From positions 22,506,001 to 22,570,000 of the forward strand of contig OZ024745.1 in NCBI GenBank assembly GCA_964016885.1: DNA of 64,000 nt, read 5' to 3'. The position numbers were made by a program, and so were the translations under genes. Positions within the stretch are counted from its first letter, which is position 1; every line of letters starts with the position of its first letter. Below are positions 53,605-64,000 of this stretch, one piece after another. The notes beneath the pieces are model-generated. The model was not told the DNA's origin, made no database searches, and worked only from the letters and a program-made list of their open reading frames with translations. Source of the DNA: Eledone cirrhosa. Taxonomy: Eukaryota.

Positions 53605-54315
53605 TCAGAGGGGATAATCCACCAGAAAATTAGGAAATTATGCCATATAAAGATGAAGCAAGACAAAATATATGTAAAAGGAAGCTAACATGGACTCATT
53701 AAATTGCATGAACCAGAGAATTCTGAGCTAAATCATCGGAATCATCCATAGATTGTTCCGAAACAGAAGTAGATTCTGACATTTGTGTTTCTAATCTTTA
53801 CAAGCAATTTTCTCAAAATGGGTACTTCTCAAAATTTCAAAGCTCTTTCCAGAAAATCTACTCGATAGATTTGCTTGAAAATTTGAGGAGACCTTCCTTA
53901 CAATAGTGGCTTTATCGTGATTTTTCTTTTATTCTGCCTTGAAAAAAAATGTTATAGTCATTTTATTAAAAAAAAATGCGATTTTTTTCAGTTTTTTTAC
54001 TGTCCAGCACACTAATGACAATAACATTTTTTTTTTCCAAAATATAAAAAAAGGGCTTCTGTTACCATACAATGACGGGTTTTCTGATTCGAAAAATGTA
54101 AAACTCATCTTCATAGCTTATTTGGAATTTCTCGAAAGAACTCTGAAAATTACGCTATTTTTCATCCATTTTTGGTCATATCTCAGCAAAATTTACGACT
54201 AGATGAAAAAGAAATATATAATTTGTCTCAGTTTTAGACGTAGATTCTACCATAAAAGTGAAAAAAAAGATGCATGATATAATAATTTTTTTTCTTCTGG
54301 GGTGTCCCACCTTAA
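53605..54315. mobile_element. Possible TTAA-bounded (Kolobok-like) non-autonomous DNA element
   Basis: Right end TTCTGGGGTGTCCCACC-TTAA weakly inverted to left end AGGGGATAATCCACCAGAA; AT-rich interior. Confidence 0.3.
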
Positions 54316-55500
54316 GAAGCTCCTCTATTCCCTTCGCAGCGCTCCGTGCTACACCCGCACATCTATCCTCGCTGACCTCGATACTTGTATCCGAGCAGCA
54401 GCCGAGGAGATATTGAGGATATAAGTTTGAGGACATTGGATGGCAACAGACCGCTTTACCTGTCAGGTATAGCGGCCTTGGCCTCCGGTCCCCGATCTCG
54501 CTGACTTTGCCGGCGTATCTTTCGTCGGTAACCTCGTGCCGCGTCCTCGTCAGCAGGGTTCTTCAAAACACAATAGAACCCTCTGCATTCAGAGAACGTG
54601 ATGCCGCCTGTGAGACGTGGGACCGGCTGGGACTTAGCCCAGTAGACGTCCCTCCTCCTCCTCCCCCTGTTGAAGTCAAGTTCGCCCCCTCCCAAAGCAT
54701 TTGGGATGCCATCCAGTGTAGCCTGGCCTCAGACGGGCTCACGCGCCAACTCGACCAGCACCGCCTTGCCTGCTTTCGTGCGGCCTCCAAACCCCACAGT
54801 GGTACCTGGCTCCATGCTCTGCCCTCCTTTTCCACTGGCACGCAGCTAGACAACAATAGTCTGCGCATCGGCGTTTCCTTGAGGCTCGGCCTCCGGATCT
54901 GCGAGCCACACCAATGTCGCTGCGGATCCACCGTGGACACTTTCTGTCTCCACCCGCTTTCCTGTCGCCACAGTCCGGCCGCCTTCCACGCCATGCTGCC
55001 CTCAAAGAGGTCATAAATCATGGCTTGGACGCTGTGGGCTTCTCTTCCCAGCTCGAGCTGGTGGGGCTGGACCGAGGGGACGGCAAAAGGCCAGATGGCA
55101 TGACCATCTTCCCGTTCCGCGGTGGCAAATCCCTCGTCTGGGATGCTACTTGCACCGACCCTTTCTGAAGCCGCAACCTGGTGCAGTCTTCGACTAACCC
55201 AGGTTCTGCTGCACGTCGGGCTGAGGTGGCCAAGTTCCTCAAATACCGGTCGCTCTCCGACAGGTTTGCGGTTGTACCCCTGGCAGTGGAGACTTCTGGT
55301 GTCCTCAGCCCTAGGGCTACCTCCCTACTCACCACCATAGGTGCTGAGCTGGCGAGCCGCAGGTGTGATCCCCGCGAGCTGGAGTGGATTTTCCAGCGCG
55401 TCTCCCTTGCCGTCCTCCGGGAAAACGCCATCTCCATCCTGCCCGCCTGGGCTGTGTGTGGGGGGGGGGGGGGACATCGTGTAACATTCCATATTTAGGT
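54316..55500 (+). pseudogene. 5'-truncated CRE-like non-LTR retrotransposon (RT thumb, zinc knuckle, restriction-like endonuclease)
   Basis: KLLYSLRSAP, LPVRYSGLGLR, WLHALP, LRLG, CRCG..H.LSC, RH, KRPDG..WDATC, KY, PLAVETSG, QRVSLAV..ENA; two frameshifts and one stop; GC-rich compared with the flanks. Confidence 0.85.
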
Positions 55501-56563
55501 ATCTGTTACAGTGAAGCTGTAGTACCTGAGAAGTAAAAATATGCCTCAAACCCTCAGCAATCAGCTGTTTGTGATTCCCTTTCAGGCCGGTTTTAAAACC
55601 TAGTCTGTTTCTGCATAGAATCCTTTGCTAATTTGCTCCATTGCTACTCAGAGTTTTACCCATATGTTGTATCTATGCAATCAACCATACAATGTGTATA
55701 TAATGAAGAACACTGCGTTATATTGCAATAGATAGGTTGATTCTTCTTGGTAAAAATAGCTCACATGGCTGAATAATTGACAAGCCAAAAAGTTTAGCTT
55801 ACTATATATATGTATATATGTATGTCAGTAAAGCTAGTGATGATTTCAGAAAGTTGAAAAAGTGACTATGGCCTCGTCAAAGTATCTCTAATGATACTAA
55901 AGTTAAGGCCTATGTGACTTGTGTATAGACAAGTATTGACCAATATCCAGTCATATGATCAATACTAATGACGAACTAAACAATAAATGATATAGAATTT
56001 TTAGCATTGCGACATTTGGAAACATCTGGCTCATCCCTAAATGAACAAAACTATGTGGTGCAACATGTTACACCACAGACTGTGAATACTCAATTGGGAT
56101 CACATGGTTTTTCGCATTTTCTTAGTCTGCCGATGAATAATTTTGCGGCTTACTTAGGAAGATCTCGTGGCACACTGGTTGAGAATCGCTGCCATAGACC
56201 CTTCGGAAGAAGCCTTTTTCGGCCATATATATTCACGATCGCATTCAACGTTGATGTGTTTCTATTCCAAACACACTACAAGGAGGTCTATGTAGAGTAG
56301 TAGTTTACTAATACAGTACTATATGGTTGAAATATATTCATGATTTAAATGGATGTACTTCTATTACATAAATGTCATCATTCATTCTGATATTACAGAT
56401 ATTTTAATATTAAACTGATGGAATTATTTCTTTTCCTTATAAATCTAATGTTAACGTCTATCACCAGGGGGCGGTAGCAGCATTGGCAGTACTGCTGCCT
56501 GGTGTGTCACTGTTACGCTGCTTTGTGGCCACAGATATTACGGCGCAGCTGCTACAATTATAA

Positions 56564-56649
<86 letters not shown>

Positions 56650-56821
56650 AGTGGAGATGGTTGAGATGTGGGGGGGGGGGTAGTGTAAGGCAAGGTAATT
56701 GCGATGTTTATCATGATGGTGGTGGTGATGATGATGATGATGGTGATGATAGTGATGATGATGATGGTGGTGATGATGATGATGATGATGGTGATGGTGA
56801 CGGTAATGATGATGATGATGT

Positions 56822-56858
<37 letters not shown>

Positions 56859-56992
56859 GAGGAGGAGGGGGAGGGGGAGGAGGAGGAGGAGGAGGAGGGA
56901 AAAGAAGAAGATGATGATGATGATGATGATGATGATGATAATGAGGGTGATGGTGGTGATGGTGGTGTTGATGATAATAATAATGATAATGA
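56564..56992. repeat. (GTT)n, (GAT/GGT)n and (GAG)n trinucleotide tracts
   Basis: Directly visible. Confidence 0.95.
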
Positions 56993-57261
56993 CGGTTTAT
57001 TTCATTTGCTGTAAGGGCAACAGATGAAGTACACATTACAAAACTGTTATTGCGGAGTTGAGGGTTTACATAGAAATAGGAAAACAAAATTCGTAACGAG
57101 TATACAAAATATACAACCAAATAAGGAATTCTGTCCTCCTGGTGCCTGGTAAAATAATTGTATACCATACCTAAGACTAATTGAGGAACCGCACAGAACC
57201 ACAATAACACAGACCAGTAAAGACAAGTGCCCTTATTCAACTGTCATTATCCGACAGGAAT

Positions 57262-57443
57262 TGGTGGATTGGCAGTATCGGTAGAGAGTCGGATGCTATG
57301 CTTTGCAGCATAGTTACGTCCCTTTACGGACTGAGTTCAAATCCTGCCGAGGTTAACTTTGCCTTTCATCCTTACGGGGTCGATAAAATAAAGTACCAGT
57401 AATGCACTGGGTAATTACTGGCCTTGTGCCAAAAGTAGAAATA
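57262..57443 (+). mobile_element. SINE family A copy with 16-bp TSD
   Basis: TSD ATTATCCGACAGGAAT at 57246-57261 and 57444-57459. Confidence 0.92.
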
Positions 57444-57680
57444 ATTATCCGACAGGAATGTGTCAATCTTTACTACTTTTAGCATTGTCCACCACACAAT
57501 CTACATTTCTTCACGTTAATGATTGACATGTCAATGTTAAGAATGATGACTATCGGAGAAGGATTGACAAAGTTGATAAAACGTCGAATGCTTTGCAGCA
57601 TCATTAACAGGTCTCAGCCTAGTTTCATGTAGATGTCTATTTCCATGGCGTCGATTACCCAAAAGTACCAGTAATATAAT

Positions 57681-57865
57681 TGTTTCTACTTTTGGCACAA
57701 GGCCAGCAATTATCCCAGTACATTACTGGTACTCTATTTTATCGACCCCGTAGGGATGAAAGGCAAAGTTAACCTCGGCGGGATTTGAACTCAGAATGGC
57801 AAGGGCCGTAACTCTATGCGTCAAAGCATGGCGTCCGACACTCTACCGATACTGCCAATCCACTG
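57681..57865 (-). mobile_element. SINE family A copy with 16-bp TSD
   Basis: TSD GTACCAGTAATATAAT at 57665-57680 and 57866-57881. Confidence 0.92.
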
Positions 57866-58072
57866 GTACCAGTAATATAATGTGATCCTAACACGAACTC
57901 AAACCTAATTAAATCGGCTATACGCAAACCTTATAACTATGCTGCTTTGTATTAAAATAGTTGAAAGTGTCTAGAATAAAGTATGGCAGCCCAGATGTGT
58001 AGTGAACGAATCTGAAAGATATGAAGTATAGGTCACTATAGTTACACAGTCCCCATCTACTACTAGTTTAAC

Positions 58073-58240
58073 TGTTTCTACTTCTGGCTCAAGGCCAGCA
58101 ATTTGAAGGTAAGAAGAATGATTAAATCGACCCTAGTACATTACAAGTATTTTATTTTATTGACACCGTAAGGATGAAGGGCAAAGTTAACCTCGGCGGG
58201 ATTTGAACACAGAACGTAAAGGGTTGTAACTATATATCGA
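58073..58240 (-). mobile_element. Older SINE family A-related copy
   Basis: Shares the core, B-box and tail; head diverged. Confidence 0.7.
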
Positions 58241-58885
58241 AAAGTTTGTTCTCCGACACACGGATATTCTAAGCATACATCCAACCTGCCGCCTTCTAAA
58301 AGTGTAAGCAAATATTGTTTAAGTGTATCTCCGTTCCTGTAAACTGGGGTAAATCGGTATAGTGTTTGGTCCCTTTATATCATGAATGTACCTTAAATAT
58401 TCGATAGAGATCAATAATATAAGTACCAAATTTTAATAAGTTCAGGAGTCGATATGATCGACTAAAATACTAACAGGAAAAACTGCGCCCCACGTAGAGA
58501 TGTCCTTGCGAGTACACATGGATGTGTGGGCGTGTACGTAGGTGTGTATATATGTGTGTATCAGTGTGTATATGTGTGTGTGTATGTATGTGTGAGTGTG
58601 TGGGTGGGTGGGTGTGTGTGTAAGTGTGTTTTTATTTTTTAACTATATATTTCTTTGTTTAACTATTTGTCTGTTTCCTATCTATTGTATGTTATCTGGC
58701 TTTTATTTTGTGTTTTGCTCTCAATGCAGCTATTGTTGTAGAGTTGTTGTTGGTGTTGTTGTTGTTGATGTGTTAACTGTGATAGTTTACGTGGGCAGAC
58801 AGATAATAGTCGTCTACACCATCACCACTGTCGCCCTTGTTTCTATGTGATATATATAAATACATACATACATATATACATACAG

Positions 58886-59073
<188 letters not shown>

Positions 59074-59099
59074 AATATATATATATGTATATATATATG

Positions 59100-59174
<75 letters not shown>

Positions 59175-59394
59175 ATATATATAGAGAGAGAGTGTGTGCG
59201 TGTGTGCATTTGTGTGTATGTGTGTGTATGTGTGTGTATGTTGTTTGGGTGTGTGTGTGGGTATGGGTGGTTTACTGAGGAAGGTACCAATCTTGGCACT
59301 ACGCTACAACACATGTACATATATCGCAGCACAAAACGAGTCTTTTTTTTTTCAAATTTCAAATATCCTCGATAATTCTTAATTCAATCGCTTG

Positions 59395-59532
<138 letters not shown>

Positions 59533-59613
59533 TACATATTATATATATATATATACATATATATACATATATATATATGTATATATACATATATATATAT
59601 GTATATATATATG

Positions 59614-59695
<82 letters not shown>

Positions 59696-59727
59696 TATAC
59701 ATATACATATATGTGTATATACATATA

Positions 59728-59759
<32 letters not shown>

Positions 59760-59813
59760 AATATATATATATATATGTATATATATGTATCTATGTATAT
59801 ATATGTATCTATA

Positions 59814-59858
<45 letters not shown>

Positions 59859-60024
59859 CTCAGTTAAACCACGAATCTACTAAGTCACCTAATATATATG
59901 TGTACATGTTTATGTATATATATATTTATATATTTATATATATATACGTATACATATACATATATATATGTGTGTGTGTCTGCGTGTATATATGTCTGTA
60001 TGTGTATATATATATATATATGTG

Positions 60025-60055
<31 letters not shown>

Positions 60056-60075
60056 ATACACTCACACACACACAC

Positions 60076-60146
<71 letters not shown>

Positions 60147-60453
60147 GTGTATATACATATTTACATATATACATAATTGCATATATAAGTTTATAGATAT
60201 ATACATATCTATTGTTTTGCTTTTTACCCATTGTATTTCTATTGTCTTGTGACATTCGCTGCTCTTTCTATCGTTCCCGACATGTCTGCCACAATTTTAC
60301 ATTATTTCATGTATTTACCATCATGATCATCATCATCATGGACATCATCATGGACATCATCATGATCATCATCATCATTCCTATTAAGCACCCCGCCGAC
60401 TCATCATTATAATTAAAATCACTATTATTATTACGTTGTTATTAGTATTACTC

Positions 60454-60515
<62 letters not shown>

Positions 60516-60969
60516 GTTGTTGTTGTTGTTGCTGTTCTTCTTCTTCTTGTTGCTGTTGTTATTGTTTTTACTGTTATTGTTACTATTATTATTACTACAA
60601 TAATTCAGTCCTTCTATTTTATTTATTCCCTGGTTGAGGGGCGGTATTACTACTTTCTCATATATGTAATTTTTTTATATTTCATATATTTTTTGCCTAC
60701 ATTTCATTGCAGATTTTATATATAATTTTTCTAAAAAATAAAAAGCGTATATTCTATAGTTTTGTGTCATATTTTTATTCGTTGAGTCAGCCATTTTAAA
60801 CGTAATATAGAATTATCGACCGAGGACTTTGCTAAAGTATTTTCTTAAATTTTTGTCTTTTTTTCCCCGTTTTTAAAAGTATTGAAATATATCCAATATT
60901 GAAAATACACACACACACACTCATACACACAAACACACACACAAACAGACACATACACATATATATATG

Positions 60970-61021
<52 letters not shown>

Positions 61022-61155
61022 CACACAGACACATACACAAACACACATATATATATATATACGTATATATATATATCTATACGTATATATATATATGTAT
61101 ATATACGTATATATATACGTATATATATATATATATATATGTATATAAATACGTA

Positions 61156-61192
<37 letters not shown>

Positions 61193-61195
61193 GTA

Positions 61196-61244
<49 letters not shown>

Positions 61245-61247
61245 GTA

Positions 61248-61354
<107 letters not shown>

Positions 61355-61613
61355 GTGTGTAAGTGGTTCAAGGCGGCAATGCACTTCCCTTTCCTCAGTT
61401 TTTTAACAACCCCTATTTCTCTCTTACTCTCTTTTTCTATATAAGTATACATATGTGTGTACGACAATATATCTTCATGAATATATTTACATATATAAAC
61501 ATTTATTTAGAACGTGTATCACACACACACATACACAGACTGATACATAGCCATGTCACTATATAGATATGTATATGTAAGTATATGTATTTGTGTGCAT
61601 ACATGTATAGGCA

Positions 61614-61660
<47 letters not shown>

Positions 61661-61958
61661 TTAAATTGAATTTACGTTCACACATTTTTATGTGGATATT
61701 GATATGTTAAGCACATTCAAACAATATACACATTTACACACACATGTAAGTATGTATGTATGCTTGTATACATGTGTGCTTGTATGCATGCATGTATGTA
61801 TTATTTATGTATGTATAGATGTGTGTGATTTTAAGAGATTATTGAGTGAGTATTATTTCCTCAACTACTATCAAAAGTATGTATGAATATAGACAAAAAT
61901 ACACACATGCATGTACACACACACACATACACACACGCACACACACACACACACACAT

Positions 61959-62019
<61 letters not shown>

Positions 62020-62202
62020 CATACAAATATATATATACATACATACAAATATATATATACATACATACAAATATATATACACATTTACTTGTACGAATTC
62101 ACACCTATATGTACATTTATATTTATATACATATGTGCATGCGTGTGGGTGGGCAGTTAGCTAACTAGCTAGCTAGCTAGCTGGCTAGATAGATAGATAT
62201 AT

Positions 62203-62285
<83 letters not shown>

Positions 62286-62287
<2 letters not shown>

Positions 62288-62485
62288 TCTTTCTTTATTT
62301 GCCACAGGGGCGTACAAAAATGGGACATTACAAGACGTGACCCCGGGGGTTTTACATAAAAATAACTTTAACATTAATAAATAATAATAAACTATATATA
62401 ATTAAATAACAATTGAAATCCCCAATAGGGGGGACCGTTACTGCAGGGTTGTTTTACACCCCGTGGATACAACAACTTCTTACTT
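62286..62485 (-). mobile_element. 3'-UTR fragment of a related Tx1/L1 element
   Basis: TTTCTTTATTTGCCACAGGGGC..AAAAATGGGACA resembles 36246-36285; adjacent to a (GATA)n/(GA)n tract. Confidence 0.6.
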
Positions 62486-62488
62486 TCT

Positions 62489-62544
<56 letters not shown>

Positions 62545-62607
62545 GTATATAACATGTAAGCATGCTAAATTTGTACTTATTTCCCTTTACATAGAAAATA
62601 TTATAAA

Positions 62608-62655
62608 TATCTTAAATCGATTTTCGAAACTTTGGTACTGTCTCATCAGAACATG
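62608..62655 (-). ncRNA. Hammerhead-like motif
   Basis: Reverse strand CTGATGA-GAC..GTTTC-GA-AAATCGATTT-A; palindromic stem III; weak stems I and II. Confidence 0.5.
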
Positions 62656-62782
62656 TGTATATTATCTCAACAAACATAACTGATGATCTCATATACCCTC
62701 TCATATATAGTAGTATTACTGAAATTGACATACTTATTTGCATATTACTAACGCCCATGTCTTTAATTTATATATATATATT

Positions 62783-62804
<22 letters not shown>

Positions 62805-62818
<14 letters not shown>

Positions 62819-63285
62819 ACAGGAGCCTGGACTGGTGTAAATCCTTGAAAGGTTTATTATACTATGATCATTTCAATGACCGGGTTCCATATGAATCCGG
62901 TGATATCATCAGTTATTCGAAATATAACAAATGAATATATAAAAACCATGGGTCCGAAAAAACAGAGACAGAGAGAACACTGACCAACTAGCTGTCTTCA
63001 CCTCGGCCAGTCGCCCTTTGTTATATTTGAATACCTGATGATATCACCGGATTCATATGGAACCCGGTCATTGAAATGATCATAGTATAATAAACCTTTC
63101 AAGGATTTACACCAGTCCAGCCTCCTGTTATTTTTATTTATAATTAACTCCGTACTCGTACCACCAACTACACAAACGAAGACGAGTGAACTGCACTACG
63201 TTGAGTACTCTCCACAATATTACACCAAGATTGACCATACGGAATGACCAATTCTAACCAGTGGTGAACCAACAAACCTAAAGAA
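62805..63285 (+). mobile_element. Non-autonomous Penelope-like/retrozyme element with an inverted partial terminal repeat
   Basis: Bounded by (TA)n; 62805-62931 is inverted at 63017-63142; hammerhead in both arms. Confidence 0.7.
63031..63088 (+). ncRNA. Type-I hammerhead motif (antisense copy at 62859-62916)
   Basis: atac-CTGATGA-TATcACCGG..CCGGTcATT-GAA-ATGATCAT-A-gtat followed by AATAAA. Confidence 0.75.
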
Positions 63286-63676
63286 ATATATATATATATA
63301 TATTAGAAAAGAGAAGTAAGGTTCTATACAAAACAGTGGATATAGAAGAAATTTTACTCCAACATTTGATTTTAATTTTAAATCTTTAATTTATAGTTTT
63401 TAACTCCTATTAATTCTTTTTTTATTTTTTATTTCAATACTCAACATTTGATAAGATGAATTTTAATAATACTTCGAAACCGGTAATACTTTATATACTT
63501 TATATACTTTATATACATTATAAAACTTTTTTTAAAAAACAATTGTCTCTCTCATTTTTTCAAGAATGTTATCTTTTCAATAATGTCATTTTGACGAATG
63601 AAAGAAAGGATAAAAGAAAAAACAGACCCTTAAATATATTTTCCGTGCTATTTCCAACTTCACCTTTTCTCTCCCC

Positions 63677-63744
<68 letters not shown>

Positions 63745-64000
63745 GACATTGTTTGTTCAGCAAACGAAGTAGACGATAAATGTGTATATAAATTTATCCA
63801 TTGAGTCTATTGGCACGTTTCGAAAATTTAAATAATTTGCCATTCCCTGTTCTTCTGATCTGTTTGTGTAATAAACTACTCTCCCTCTCTCTCTCTCTCT
63901 CTCTCTCCGTCTCTCTCTCTCTCTCTCTCTCGCTATCTCTCTCCCGCTATCTCTCTATCTATCTCACTCTCTTCCTGTAATAAACACATGCCGTGCTTAG

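Larger units (their letters stand above)
51022..56191 (-). mobile_element. hAT (Buster/Charlie-type) DNA transposon with nested inserts
   Basis: TIRs CAGTGGTTCTCAACC (51022-51036) / GGTTGAGAATCGCTG (56177-56191); perfect 8-bp TSD CCATAGAC at 51014-51021 and 56192-56199. Confidence 0.93.

Noticed and set aside
56461-57240. 259-aa His/Pro/Asn-rich ORF
   Set aside because: Composed mostly of trinucleotide tracts, with no splice or domain support

Overview
AT-rich eukaryotic (animal) non-coding DNA. The extreme (TA)n/(CA)n/(GA)n load and the SINE types suggest a cephalopod such as Octopus (inference only). I found no convincing host protein-coding gene; nearly all ORFs in the track are microsatellite artefacts. 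Recognisable elements: (1) a near full-length Tx1/L1-clade LINE (36243-41898, minus) inside a (GATA/GATG)n tract, with an intact ORF1 and an ORF2 carrying two lesions; (2) a Buster/Charlie-type hAT transposon (51022-56191) with TIRs and a perfect 8-bp TSD, containing a nested CRE-like restriction-like-endonuclease retrotransposon fragment; (3) RTE and Jockey/I-like LINE remnants, several tRNA-derived SINEs, mariner MITEs and a Helitron-like element; (4) 13-bp and 60-bp tandem arrays. The most striking signal is about 20 minimal type-I hammerhead-ribozyme motifs, some canonical and some variant or decayed. They lie in many unrelated short non-coding elements at (TA)n microsatellites that often have fold-back (inverted) arms, which is consistent with a diverse population of non-autonomous Penelope-like/retrozyme elements. 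All structures were read by eye; no folding or database search was run.
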